This document shows, in pieces, positions 25,723 to 35,960 of a DNA stretch of 43,635 nt. The stretch spans positions 1 through 43,635 of the IMG/VR virus record IMGVR_UViG_3300010052_000146. One strand, given 5' to 3'. Under the pieces are notes generated by a model, which was not told where the DNA came from, searched no databases, and was given only the letters and a program-made list of their open reading frames with translations. Made by a program: the position numbers and the translations under genes. Within the stretch, counting starts at the first letter, position 1; each line of letters begins with the position of its first letter. This DNA comes from a virus. Its lineage: Duplodnaviria > Caudoviricetes.

Positions 25723-25898
25723 TCCAGGCCTGTCATCGCCAGATGCGCGCATCTGACGGCGTGATCTACGGCCTCGACTTCCCGGCGGTGCTGTCGCTCG
25801 CCGAACACCTCGACCTCGACCTCTCGCTGGTCGCCGAGGTCCTGCCCTTCATCGAACCCCACGTCGTCACCGCCTGGAGGCGGGAGGAAGAGCCATGA
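25524..25898 (+). CDS. Frameshift-extended tail chaperone (GT-like) C-terminal segment, reached by -1 slip
   Basis: A-AAA-AAC slippery site at 25524-25530; -1 frame open RIIALAAWHF...YCDGC...GLDFPAVL...EVLPFIE to TGA 25898, coupled to TMP ATG. Confidence 0.8.
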   Translation, partial: KKRIIALAAWHFAGRGGSEEDEEEDQGEGAPWGGRSYCDGCACQSGECPYRRHQPQSDEGRAVWGLIQACHRQMRASDGVIYGLDFPAVLSLAEHLDLDLSLVAEVLPFIEPHVVTAWRREEEP

Positions 25899-28393
25899 GC
25901 GGACAAGTTCGTCAGGTCGCCTTCCGCCTGAAGAGCGACGGCAAGGCCGAAGTCCAACGCGACTTCAAGGACGTCGGAGACTCTGGCGCCAAGGCCTACG
26001 CTCATATCGAACAGGCGGCCATCGAGGCCGGCCACGCGGCCGATCGGCAGATGGCCAAGTATCGGGAAATGGCCAAGGCGGCGGAGGCGGCCGGCAAGGC
26101 GGCCGACGCCCAGCGGCGGATCAACGCGCTGCTGGGCGTCAACGCGCCGGTCGGCAAGTCGGCCAAGGACAGCATGGAAGCCTTCATGCAGGCGCCCGGG
26201 CGCGGGCTCTCGACCATGCAGCGGCAAACGCTGGTCTATACCGCCTCCGACGTGTTCGCGTCGGCCGCCTCGGGCATGAACCCGGCGATGATCGCAATGC
26301 AGCAGGGACCGCAGGTCCTTCAAGCGTTCGTGGTCGAAGGCGGCAAGGCGGCCGCGACCATGCTCAAGCTCGGGGTGGCGGTTGGTGTACCGGCCACCGC
26401 GGTTGGGCTGATGACTGCCGCCTTCCTGGCCCAGCGCGAGGCGAACCGGCAGCTCGAAATCTCGGTCAGCGGGATCGGCGCGGCGAGCGGCGAGAGCGCC
26501 GACAGCCTGCGCGCCCTGGCCGACGCCAACCGCGACGCCGGCAAGCTCACGGCCGGCGCGGCGCGGGAAATGGCGGGCGCCTATGCCGAGACGGGCCGGA
26601 TCGGCGGCCAGGTGATCGGCCAACTCATTGCCGATACGCGGGCCTATGCGACCGTGACCCGCCAGGACGCCAAGGCCGCGACGTCGGAGCTGGCCAAGGC
26701 CTTCGCCGATCCGGCCAAGGGGGCGGAGCTGCTGAACAGCAAGCTCGGCCTGCTGGACGACGGGACCATGCGGTACATCCAGACCCTGCTGGAGCAGAAC
26801 CGCGCGACCGACGCCCAGCTCGTGCTGGCCGACGCCCTGTCGCGCCGCCTGGAGAACACCGCGTCCAGCGTCTCCGTTCTCGGCGGTGCGTGGGATGAGG
26901 TGAAGCGGAAGGCGGCGGGCGCATGGGAGTGGATGGGCAAGGCCGTGGACCGCGCCTTGGGCGGCGGCCCGGCGCTCGCCCGTATCCAGGACCTGACGAA
27001 CGAGCGGGCCGTGCAGGCCCAGGTTCCGTTCGGGATGGGCAACCGTCGCGTTCAGGAGATCGACGCCGAGCTGGCCAAGATCCGATCGCAGGAGGCCGCC
27101 CGGGCCCGTCAGGCCGAACAGACCCGCGCCAACCTGATCGCCTCTGACGCCCGCACAGTGCAGGACCGCGTCAACCCGCTCCCCGGCCGCCTGCGCGAGC
27201 TGCGGGCCGACGAAGCGAAGTTGAAGGGCGCGCTCGACAAGGGCCTGCTGACGGACACCGCGCAGGCGCAGAAGGACCTCGCGGCGCTGCGCAAGGAGAT
27301 CAAGGCCGTCGAGGCCGGCTATACCAGCGCCAGCGCCCAGGCGAGCGCTCTGGCGCGCGAGAGCCGCGAGGGTGCGAGCGCCGCTCGCAAGGCGGCCCGG
27401 GAAGCCGAACGGGAGGCTAAGGAGGCCGAGCGCCAGGCTAAGCGCCTGGCCGACCTCCAGTCGCGCGACCATCTCGCGCTCGCCAAGGCGCAGGGCATCA
27501 AGGTCCTGATCGAAGAAGCCGAGCGCGAAGGCCGAGTTCGCAGCCTGACCAACGAGTATGAGTCGGCGGGCCTGTCGCTGACCCGCGCGCGACTTCTCGC
27601 CCAGCAGCAGGTTTCGATGGAGACCCAGGCCGAGTTCGAAGCGCGCCGCAAGCTGGCGACCGAGCTTCCGACCGACTTCGTCTCGACCCAGGACGCCTTG
27701 AAGCGTCAGGAACTGATCCTGGCCGGGGCGAACGACAACATCGACGCCGCCAAGCAGATGAAGGGGGCCTATGAGTCCGCCTTCGACCGGATTGGCGACA
27801 TGCTCGCCGCGGGCAAGACCGACTGGTCGAGCTATCGCGACGCGGGCAAGGCGGCGATCAACGACATCATCGGCGAGATGCTGCGTCTGGCGGCCATCAA
27901 CCCGCTTAAGAACGCGCTCTTCGGCCAGAACAATCCGACCCTCGGGAGCGGCGGCATCCTCGGCGCCATCTTCGGCAAGGGCGGCGGATCGAAAGCCGGT
28001 CTCCTGCCTGGCGAATGGCCGCCGATGCAGCTCCCCGAGCGCTGGAATTTCGGCGGCGGCTCGATCCTCAGTTCGGTGTTCAAGGTTCTGCGCATCCCCG
28101 GTTTCGCCGCGGGTACGGACTACGCGCCGGGCGGCTGGGCCAAGGTCGGCGAGTATGGCGAAGAGCTGGTGCGCCTGCCGCGCGGGTCGCAGGTGTTCAA
28201 CGCCCAGCGGACCGCGGCCATGACCAAGGGTGGCGGCGACGTCTCGGTGCCGATCAGCATCAGCATCGACGCTCGCGGCGCTGGCCCACGCGAGGTCGAG
28301 GCGTTGAGCGCTCGCCTGGACCGCTTCGAGCGGGAGTTCCCGGGCCAAGTGGTGGCGGTCGTGACCGACGCCCGCGAACGACGGTGGATGTAG
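25895..28393 (+). CDS. Tail tape measure protein
   Basis: Ala-rich helical; SGMNP.MIAMQQGPQV, AFADP.KG, C-terminal PGFA.GT...GG.A.VGE.G.ELV.LP.GSQV. Confidence 0.92.
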   Translation: MSGQVRQVAFRLKSDGKAEVQRDFKDVGDSGAKAYAHIEQAAIEAGHAADRQMAKYREMAKAAEAAGKAADAQRRINALLGVNAPVGKSAKDSMEAFMQAPGRGLSTMQRQTLVYTASDVFASAASGMNPAMIAMQQGPQVLQAFVVEGGKAAATMLKLGVAVGVPATAVGLMTAAFLAQREANRQLEISVSGIGAASGESADSLRALADANRDAGKLTAGAAREMAGAYAETGRIGGQVIGQLIADTRAYATVTRQDAKAATSELAKAFADPAKGAELLNSKLGLLDDGTMRYIQTLLEQNRATDAQLVLADALSRRLENTASSVSVLGGAWDEVKRKAAGAWEWMGKAVDRALGGGPALARIQDLTNERAVQAQVPFGMGNRRVQEIDAELAKIRSQEAARARQAEQTRANLIASDARTVQDRVNPLPGRLRELRADEAKLKGALDKGLLTDTAQAQKDLAALRKEIKAVEAGYTSASAQASALARESREGASAARKAAREAEREAKEAERQAKRLADLQSRDHLALAKAQGIKVLIEEAEREGRVRSLTNEYESAGLSLTRARLLAQQQVSMETQAEFEARRKLATELPTDFVSTQDALKRQELILAGANDNIDAAKQMKGAYESAFDRIGDMLAAGKTDWSSYRDAGKAAINDIIGEMLRLAAINPLKNALFGQNNPTLGSGGILGAIFGKGGGSKAGLLPGEWPPMQLPERWNFGGGSILSSVFKVLRIPGFAAGTDYAPGGWAKVGEYGEELVRLPRGSQVFNAQRTAAMTKGGGDVSVPISISIDARGAGPREVEALSARLDRFEREFPGQVVAVVTDARERRWM

Positions 28394-28397
28394 TCGC

Positions 28398-29075
28398 ATG
28401 ATCCTCTATCCCCGAGACATGCCGGAGATCGGTCCGGCGCGTCAGACGTTCGAGCTGAACCGCGTCGATCTGCTGTCGCGCGAGGCCTCGGGCCGCGCCG
28501 GCGCCATGTCGGTCGGCCAGCCCGTGTGGGCGGCCGAATGGACGCTGGGCGACCGCTTCGGCGACAAGCTGTCCGACGAGTGGCGCGCCTGGGTCGCCTC
28601 GCTGGAAGGGGCCACGCGAACCTTCATCGGCCGGGACATTGAGCGGCCCTTTCCCAAGCTCTACGCGCAGGGGTTCGGCGGCATGATGCGGGCCGGCGGC
28701 GGCGCGTTCGACGGCTCGGCCGGCTGGTCCTTTAGCCTGGCCTTCGGCGGCGTGCCCCAGCTCCAGTTGACCGGCCTGCCGGCGGGCCTGGTGATTTCGG
28801 CCGGCGACTATGTCGATTTCCGCTGGCAGACCGGAGGCGAGGCGCGCCGCTCGCTCGTGCGCAGCCTGGAGAAGGTCACGGCCAGCGCCGGGGGCGTCGC
28901 GGTGTTCGCCACCGCGCCGGCTGTCCCGGCGCTGACGCCACCGGGCGCCGTCGCGCATCTGGATTGGGCGGGCTGCATCATGCGGCTGGTCCCGAGCCTG
29001 ACGAAGCTGACCGCCATGGACCGCGCCCGGGCCGTGGGCGGCCAGATCACCGCCGTGCAGGACCTGCTGCCGTGA
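28398..29075 (+). CDS. Distal tail protein (putative)
   Basis: Follows TMP; W.AWVASL.G...F; L...GDYV. Confidence 0.65.
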   Translation: MILYPRDMPEIGPARQTFELNRVDLLSREASGRAGAMSVGQPVWAAEWTLGDRFGDKLSDEWRAWVASLEGATRTFIGRDIERPFPKLYAQGFGGMMRAGGGAFDGSAGWSFSLAFGGVPQLQLTGLPAGLVISAGDYVDFRWQTGGEARRSLVRSLEKVTASAGGVAVFATAPAVPALTPPGAVAHLDWAGCIMRLVPSLTKLTAMDRARAVGGQITAVQDLLP

Positions 29076-29710
29076 AGGATTTCGGACCTGCCGCACGCGA
29101 GGCCATCGCGGCCGGCCGCGCCATGAGCGTCGGGGCGGTGTTCATCGCCATTCCCGGCGAGCCGTTCGCGGTCTGGGGTGGATACGGCGACCTTGAGATC
29201 GACGGAGCGACGCACACCGGCATCGGCGATCGGGGGCTGGTCAGTTCGTCGTCTGGCGCGGTCGGATCGGGCGACCAGGGGGTCACGCTGGAGCTTTCCG
29301 GCATCGAGCCGAAGGTGTTGGAGCTGGTCGATACGCAGTCGGCCAATCGAGCCGAGGTCGTGGTTCGGCGGCTGATCTTCGACTCCAGCGCGCGCACGCT
29401 TCTGGCCTCCCCCGTTTTCTCGCGCGGCCGACTGGACAAGATCAGCACCAAGGACACCATCGGCGGCACCGCAATCATCCGAGCCATGGTCGAGGGCGCG
29501 GTGCGTGGCCTCGGGCGGATGGGCGGGCGGATGCGCAGCAACGCCGACCAGCGGCTGTGCGATCCCGCCGACGCCGGGATGGCCCTGGTCGCCCATGCCG
29601 GCGAAACCTCGATCTATTGGGGCGGCAAGCCCGCCCAGACCGGCCAACAGGCGTTCGGCGCGACCAAGGTCGTGGCCGACGCGCTCAACAAGTTCTTCGG
29701 GTTCAGATGA
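29072..29710 (+). CDS. Tail tip/hub protein (putative)
   Basis: VWGGYGDL..DG..H.GIG; Q....P.D.G...V.......I.WG. Confidence 0.65.
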   Translation: MKDFGPAAREAIAAGRAMSVGAVFIAIPGEPFAVWGGYGDLEIDGATHTGIGDRGLVSSSSGAVGSGDQGVTLELSGIEPKVLELVDTQSANRAEVVVRRLIFDSSARTLLASPVFSRGRLDKISTKDTIGGTAIIRAMVEGAVRGLGRMGGRMRSNADQRLCDPADAGMALVAHAGETSIYWGGKPAQTGQQAFGATKVVADALNKFFGFR

Positions 29711-30108
29711 CCGCTCGAAATTACGAGGTGCTGCTGCGCTACCTGACGCAGCGTTCGCGCACGCCGTTCGCATGGGGGCGCGAGGCCAACGATTGCGTCA
29801 GCCACATGCTGGGCGCCCTGGAAGCGCAGGGAACGCCGCTCGATCCCGCGACCCTGCCGGCGTGGTCGAGCGAGCGCGGCGCGGTGCGCGTTCTGGCGCG
29901 GCTGGGCGGCCTCGAGGCGGCGTTGAGCGCTTGGTTGCGTCCGATCCCGCCGGCCATGGCTCAGCGAGGCGACGTTGCCGTCGCGGCCGGCCCGGACGGC
30001 GAGCTGGCCGTGCTGATCGTCGAGGGTGACACGCTGGTCGGCCCGAGCCCGGCCGGCCATCAGCGGCTGGCGCGCTCGCGCATGGTCAAGGCCTGGAGCG
30101 CGACGTGA
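29707..30108 (+). CDS. NlpC/P60-like tail assembly protein (DUF6950-like)
   Basis: PFAWG...DC, AQRGDV, AW C-terminus. Confidence 0.75.
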   Translation: MTARNYEVLLRYLTQRSRTPFAWGREANDCVSHMLGALEAQGTPLDPATLPAWSSERGAVRVLARLGGLEAALSAWLRPIPPAMAQRGDVAVAAGPDGELAVLIVEGDTLVGPSPAGHQRLARSRMVKAWSAT

Positions 30109-33100
30109 TCCGGCTTGTCGTCTTGATCGCCACGGCGCTGCTGCTTTCGGCCGCGCCGGCCTGGGGGCTGCCCGTCGCGGCCGTCGCCGCTGTCATCGGC
30201 GTGTCGGCCGGCGGCATCGTCGCCGCGGCGGCGACCTTCGTCGTCAACACCGTGATTTCGATGGGCCTGAGCGCCCTGACGAGCAAGCTGTTTGCGCCGA
30301 AGATGCCGAATTCGGCGGAGGCTGCGCAGGACCGGCAGGCGAGCATTACCCAGCTCAACGTCGGCGAAGTCGCGCGCGAGTTCGTGTTCGGCGAGACGGC
30401 CAACGCCGGCAGCCTGGCGGCCGCCTTCAACTACGGCGGCAAGTACGGGACTGACCACGTCGTGAAGGTCGTCGTGGTCGCCGACCACAAGTGCGACGGG
30501 CTGAAGAGCATCCTCATCAACGACAAGGAAGTGGGGTTCGTCGCGGATGGCCCGGTCGCCGACTACAACAACCAGCTCTCGATCTATTGGCGGGACGGGT
30601 CGGAGGGCCAGCAGTTCCCCGCGGCGCTGCTGGCGGCCTGGAAGGCCTCGCAGCTCCATAGCTCCACCGCGCCTGAGACGGGCAACATCCTGACCGGCTG
30701 CGCCTACATCGTCTTCGACTATCTGTGCGACGCGCCGGACGCCACGAACCCGATCTGGGGCGGCAATCACCCGCAGTTCCTGCCGGTGATCCGTGGCAAG
30801 CGCTGCTACGATCCACGCAAGGACTCGACCGTCCCGGGCGGCTTCGGCCCGCACCGTTGGAACGATCCGTCGACCTGGGAGTGGACCCGCAATCTCGCGC
30901 TGATCCGCTACAACTGGCTGCGCGGCGCCTACTATCTCGACCGGGTGAACGAGCCGCGCCACCTGCTGGTCGGCCGCGGCCTGTCGGCGATCCAGGCGCC
31001 GCCCGAGCGCATCATCGCTGCGGCCAATATCTGCGACGAGCTGGTGGACAACCTGCAAGGCGGAACCGAGCCCCGCTATCTCGCCGACGGTGTCATTCGC
31101 GCGTCCCAGCCCTTCGACCAGGTCGAGGCGCTGTTCGAGGCCTGCTGTGGCGGCAAGATCGTCCAGCCCGAGGGCGGCGTAGACCTCGAACCCGGCCAGG
31201 CGCGCACGCCCGTCGCCCAGATCACCGACGACAACCTGGTGGATGGCCGCGAGGTCGAGTTCGATCACTTCGCGTCCGACGCCAACCGGGTGAACACCAT
31301 CATCCCACGCTATATCGAACCGTCGCAGCGCTATGCCGACCACGCCGCGCCTGTCCTGCGCGACACGCTGGACGTCCTGGCCGAAGGACCTCGCGAAGAA
31401 ACCCTGGTCCTGCCGTTCGTGACCCGCGTCACCCAGGCCCTGCGAGTCGGCGAGATGCGCCGCCGGCAGGCGCGGCTTGAGCGGACCGCCAAGATCACGT
31501 TGCCGCCCTGGTTCGCGGAGATCGAGGAAGGCGACTGGATCGAGTGGACGTCGAAGCGCCACACGGACAATCAGCCCGTCGTCTTCCGGGTGGGCTCGTA
31601 CAGCCTCAGCGAAGGTTGGGAGAACAGTCTCGTCCTGTCGGAGACGGCATACAGCGTCTACGGCTTCGGAGGCTTGCCGCTGCCGTCCTCGGGCGGCCAG
31701 AACCCGACCGTACCGCCCGGCGCCCTGGTGCTGGAGGGCGTCACCGCCCAGGCGATCCAGATCGAGGGCGAGAACACGCTCGTCCCGGCGGTCAAGTTCG
31801 GCTGGACCAAGCCCGTCGATCCCGCCGTCACCCGCATCCGCGCCGAGATCCGAAAGGTAGGCCAGCAGGTCACGGCCCCGACCACGACCGACAACGTCAA
31901 TGCCGGCGAGCTGCTGGTGACCAACGGCGTGCCGATCCAGGCGAGCATCGAGGCGCGCCTGGTCCCGCTGGGCGAGCCCGGACGGCCCATCATCCCCTCG
32001 CCCTGGATCGCGCTTACGACCGGCGAGCTGCGCGTGCCCGGCATCACCACGATTGGCGGCATGACGCCCGAGCAGCTCGTGGCGGAGCTGAAGGCGGCTA
32101 GCGCCAAGGGCGATGCGCTGACCAAGTCGATGATGGAGGCGTTTCTGCGCCTGAGCGAAGAGCGCGATCAGCTTTTCAAGGAGACGTTCTTCAACGGCCG
32201 CCGCATCCGCACGATCGTCCTGGACGAGATCGAAGAGCGGACCGAGGGCGACGCCTTCATCATGAGCCACGTCAACCTGATGGGGCTCAAGGTCGATGGC
32301 GGTTCGGCCTGGCGCATGAGCGACACGACGCTGAAGGCGACGGCCACCATGACCTGGGGGCAGTACCGCGACAGCCTGCAGGCCAGCTTCGGCTCGGTGA
32401 ACGCTGCCATCACGTCGGAGGCCACGACCCGGGCCAGCGCCGACAGTGCGCTCGCCAATTCACTCAGCGTCGTCTCGACCACGGTCAACGGCCACACGGC
32501 GAGCATCACGCAACAGTCCACCTCGATCGACGGCCTCAAGGCGCAGTACGTCCTGGCGGTCACCGCCGGCAACCGCGTCGCCGGCATGAGGCTCGCGGCC
32601 GGCGGCGGCGTCTCGTCCATCGCCTTCAGCGCCGATCAGATCGGCTTCAGCAACGGCGTCACCGACAAGTATCCCTTCGCGATCGTCGGCAACGAAGTCC
32701 ACGCGACCAGCTTCCGCGTCGATCGTGTGTTCGCCAACTCCATCGTCACGGACAGCCTGGTCGGCGGGGCCGTCACGTCGATGCTCTATTCCGAGCAATC
32801 GGCCGGCGGCGTCGGTATCGGCGGGTCGGAGACGCAGATTTTCAGCATGTCCTTCACCTCGACGGGTGGGGCGCACGCGCTGCATCTGAACGTCCAGGCG
32901 GGCCACACAGGCGGCGGCGAGGCCGGCGTGCTGGTGACGATCCGACGCAACGGCGGCCTGATCGGCACGCGATCCTTCTGGCTGCGGCAGTCCTTTTCCT
33001 ACACCGGGTCCTTCTCGGTCTTCGACCAGCCCGGACCGGGAACCCACAGCTACACGATCAGCGTGGCCGAAACCCCCGGCTCCGACCACCTGGGCGTCGC

Positions 33101-33140
33101 CCAATCCTCCAACATGATCATCACGGAGCTGAAGCGGTGA
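30105..33140 (+). CDS. Tail tip attachment protein J-like
   Basis: GK.CYDPRKDST..G.G.HR..DPSTWEW; AANICDE; E.GD.I; C-terminal fibre repeats and F.AD. Confidence 0.88.
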   Translation: MIRLVVLIATALLLSAAPAWGLPVAAVAAVIGVSAGGIVAAAATFVVNTVISMGLSALTSKLFAPKMPNSAEAAQDRQASITQLNVGEVAREFVFGETANAGSLAAAFNYGGKYGTDHVVKVVVVADHKCDGLKSILINDKEVGFVADGPVADYNNQLSIYWRDGSEGQQFPAALLAAWKASQLHSSTAPETGNILTGCAYIVFDYLCDAPDATNPIWGGNHPQFLPVIRGKRCYDPRKDSTVPGGFGPHRWNDPSTWEWTRNLALIRYNWLRGAYYLDRVNEPRHLLVGRGLSAIQAPPERIIAAANICDELVDNLQGGTEPRYLADGVIRASQPFDQVEALFEACCGGKIVQPEGGVDLEPGQARTPVAQITDDNLVDGREVEFDHFASDANRVNTIIPRYIEPSQRYADHAAPVLRDTLDVLAEGPREETLVLPFVTRVTQALRVGEMRRRQARLERTAKITLPPWFAEIEEGDWIEWTSKRHTDNQPVVFRVGSYSLSEGWENSLVLSETAYSVYGFGGLPLPSSGGQNPTVPPGALVLEGVTAQAIQIEGENTLVPAVKFGWTKPVDPAVTRIRAEIRKVGQQVTAPTTTDNVNAGELLVTNGVPIQASIEARLVPLGEPGRPIIPSPWIALTTGELRVPGITTIGGMTPEQLVAELKAASAKGDALTKSMMEAFLRLSEERDQLFKETFFNGRRIRTIVLDEIEERTEGDAFIMSHVNLMGLKVDGGSAWRMSDTTLKATATMTWGQYRDSLQASFGSVNAAITSEATTRASADSALANSLSVVSTTVNGHTASITQQSTSIDGLKAQYVLAVTAGNRVAGMRLAAGGGVSSIAFSADQIGFSNGVTDKYPFAIVGNEVHATSFRVDRVFANSIVTDSLVGGAVTSMLYSEQSAGGVGIGGSETQIFSMSFTSTGGAHALHLNVQAGHTGGGEAGVLVTIRRNGGLIGTRSFWLRQSFSYTGSFSVFDQPGPGTHSYTISVAETPGSDHLGVAQSSNMIITELKR

Positions 33141-33382
33141 AAATTGCCGTGTTCAATGCTGCTGGCGAGGCGACCCAGATCATCGCCGGCCCCGAGCTGC
33201 ACCTGGTCGCCAACCTGTGGATGCTGCCGGCGGACCAGCAGACTCGCGTCCTCGACGGCACGTCGTTCGAAGGCGTGGTGTCTCTCGTCGGCTTGCGGGA
33301 GAACGAGGCCGGCGTGGAGAGCTATGCGGCGCTCCCGCCCCTGGACGAGTTCGACGCCATCGTGGCTGGGGGCGCCCGATGA
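33137..33382 (+). CDS. Small hypothetical tail protein
   Basis: Coupled at both ends. Confidence 0.6.
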   Translation: MKIAVFNAAGEATQIIAGPELHLVANLWMLPADQQTRVLDGTSFEGVVSLVGLRENEAGVESYAALPPLDEFDAIVAGGAR

Positions 33383-35586
33383 GCCTGACCACGACGCAGC
33401 TCGCCAGCAACTTCGCCGACGAGCTGACCGGCCAGGGCGTGGCGCTGGACGACAAGCCGGCCTTCGTCGCCGCCTTCGCCGGGATGCTGACGGCCTGGCT
33501 GGGCGGCGAGGACGCGCTGCCCGCGGACACCGCCTATCGGCTCATGCAAGTCATGGGGTCCTGGAACCTCGACCAGCTCCAGCGCCTGGAGTGGTGGACC
33601 GGCTCGGCGACGGGCGGCCCGAACGGAGACGGAGAGTATCCGCAGACAAACGCGGCCGGCGTGACGACGTTGTTTCCCAGTCGCGCCAAGATGATGCAGG
33701 TGACGGCCAAGGGCGACCCGGGCGGCGTCGCCTATACCTTCTCGACCGCCACGGGGGCGGCCGATCCGGGCGCGGGCAAGCTGCGGTTCGATAGCGCCAC
33801 GCCGGCCGACGTCACGAAGCTGTTCGTGGACAATCTCGGTGCGACCGGCGGGAACCTGGTCGGCTGGCTCGCCGGCATGGGGGCTTCGACGTCGGTCCAG
33901 AAGGGCCTGCTCGTCGTCCAGGCGGGCAGCACGGCCGCGCCGCTGGTCTTCCGTCTGACCGCTGCGCCAATCGACCGGGCGGGCTACTACGAGCTGCCGG
34001 TGGCGCGGTTGGCGGGGACGGTGCTGCCGGCGGACGGGGCCAGCCTGACCCTGCTGTTCGCGCCCAGCGGCGACCGTGGCGAAGGCGTGCTGAAGGGCGT
34101 CGGTGCGCCCGCCGCAGGCCTGGGCGTCGTCGGCGACGCCTATCTGCGGCTCGATACCGGCGACTGGTATCAGAAGACCGGCGGCGGCTGGGGCGCGCCG
34201 ATCGCGCAGACCGAGGTCGCCTCGCTGTTGGCCCAGGCGGTGGCGGCACGGGACGCGGCGCAGACGGCGCAGGGGATCGCCGTGCCGGCGGCGGGCGTGG
34301 CGAGCGATGCGGCCGAGGCGGCCATCGAGGCGCGCGACATCGCAATCGACAAGGCCGGCGAGGCCCATGACGACCGGGTCGCTGTCGGCAACGACAAGGC
34401 GGACATGGCCGCCTGGCTCACGGCCTTCGCGGGCGACAAGGACGCGGTCGAGGCGTGGCTCGCGCAGTTCGCTATCGACAAGGCCGCGGCTATTGCGGCG
34501 GCCGCCACCGCGACCACCAAGGCGGCCGAAGCGGCCGCGTCCGCCGCTTCGGTGGATGGCCCGCTGATCGCCAGTCGGCTCAACGCTCTGGAGGCCGGGC
34601 AGGCGTCGATTGAGACCAGCCTGCGCTCCGACGTCCTGCGGTTGATGATGCAGCTCACTGAGGTGCGGCTGAACCAGGTCGGCACGCCGCACGGCTGGGC
34701 CGACAGCTTTGACGATACGGACGGGGTCGATGCAGCGGCCTCGACCGGCGAGGTCTATGACGCGGCCGGCAAGCTCTATTACGGCGACCGTAGCGCCTAT
34801 GAAGCGGTGCAGAGCCTGCCGGCGATGACGGCGAACAATGCTCCGGCGGGACATGTGGTCGCGGCCAGCAATGAGAACTCGGCGAGCCAGGCGGCGTGGA
34901 AGGCATTCGACCGGGACCTGAACACGAACAACTTCTGGACCTGCAACAATCCTTCCGCCTCGCCTCAATGGTTGCGGCGCTCGGCTCCTGGGCCGATCAC
35001 CGTCAAGGCCTACCGCTTCCTGATGCCGTATTTCCAGAGTGGGACGCTGCAGAACTGGAAACTGCAGGGGTCGAGCGATCTTGCGGCCTGGGTCGATCTG
35101 CATTCGATCGCGGGCGCGACGCTTAATGCGAGTTCGTGGACACCGAACTACATCGTCCCGAGCGCGTCGCCCTATCAGCACTATCGGGTGCTGATTACCG
35201 GCGCGCCCCTGGGCTCCGGCAACGTCGCGATATCCGAGCTGGAGCTATTCCAGCTCTCTCCGCCGGCCGAGCTGGACCTTCGTAGCGCAGCCGGCGGGGC
35301 CTTCGCCGTCCCCACGCGCGCGTCGCTGATCGTTCTGGCCAGGGCCGTCACGGGGTCTGGCGTCGTGCCCGGCACAAACCTGAAGGGCTATGTCAGCCGG
35401 ACGGGCGGGGCGAGCTGGACCGAGGTCACGCTGGTCGCGCGCGATACGGCTGGCGGCTTCACCTACTTTGAGGCGCTGGGCGCCGACATCAGCGGCCAGG
35501 CGGCCGGCTCGTCCATGAAGTGGCGGGTCTGGACGTCGGCCGTCGATCAGATCGACGTCGGCGCCGTCGCCATCGGATGGAACTGA
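33379..35586 (+). CDS. Tail fibre protein with discoidin/F5-8-like carbohydrate-binding domain
   Basis: Ala-rich coiled coil; AWKAFD...W...QWL...WKLQGS.D..W.DL...YQHYR...I.ELEL. Confidence 0.75.
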   Translation: MSLTTTQLASNFADELTGQGVALDDKPAFVAAFAGMLTAWLGGEDALPADTAYRLMQVMGSWNLDQLQRLEWWTGSATGGPNGDGEYPQTNAAGVTTLFPSRAKMMQVTAKGDPGGVAYTFSTATGAADPGAGKLRFDSATPADVTKLFVDNLGATGGNLVGWLAGMGASTSVQKGLLVVQAGSTAAPLVFRLTAAPIDRAGYYELPVARLAGTVLPADGASLTLLFAPSGDRGEGVLKGVGAPAAGLGVVGDAYLRLDTGDWYQKTGGGWGAPIAQTEVASLLAQAVAARDAAQTAQGIAVPAAGVASDAAEAAIEARDIAIDKAGEAHDDRVAVGNDKADMAAWLTAFAGDKDAVEAWLAQFAIDKAAAIAAAATATTKAAEAAASAASVDGPLIASRLNALEAGQASIETSLRSDVLRLMMQLTEVRLNQVGTPHGWADSFDDTDGVDAAASTGEVYDAAGKLYYGDRSAYEAVQSLPAMTANNAPAGHVVAASNENSASQAAWKAFDRDLNTNNFWTCNNPSASPQWLRRSAPGPITVKAYRFLMPYFQSGTLQNWKLQGSSDLAAWVDLHSIAGATLNASSWTPNYIVPSASPYQHYRVLITGAPLGSGNVAISELELFQLSPPAELDLRSAAGGAFAVPTRASLIVLARAVTGSGVVPGTNLKGYVSRTGGASWTEVTLVARDTAGGFTYFEALGADISGQAAGSSMKWRVWTSAVDQIDVGAVAIGWN

Positions 35587-35589
35587 CCC

Positions 35590-35886
35590 ATGCCTCTTCG
35601 CCCCATGGGGAGCGTAAGGCTCCCGACCGACGCCCCGGACGCCCCGCAGCCGGTTCCGTTCAAGGTCTCGCGGATGCAGGCCAAGCAGGCGCTGCTGGCC
35701 GGAGGGCTGCTCGCGACCTTCGATGCTGCGGTGGCCGCCAGCGGCAACCCGGTCCTGCAGCTCTACTACGCCGAGACGTCCGACTTTCACCGCGACCACC
35801 CGGACCTCGTCGCTTTCATGGCCGCGCTCGGCATGACTGACGACCAGGTCGATGACCTCTTCAGGGCCGCCGCCCTGATCACCTGA
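35590..35886 (+). CDS. Small fibre-associated protein
   Basis: VSR.QAK.AL, F.R.HP.L......LG.T..Q.DDLF.AA. Confidence 0.7.
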   Translation: MPLRPMGSVRLPTDAPDAPQPVPFKVSRMQAKQALLAGGLLATFDAAVAASGNPVLQLYYAETSDFHRDHPDLVAFMAALGMTDDQVDDLFRAAALIT

Positions 35887-35960
35887 CGTGCGAGCGCCGC
35901 TCGCACCCACACCCGGGCGAATGGGATTCGCCTGATCCAACCCCATCGAAAGGACTGCCC

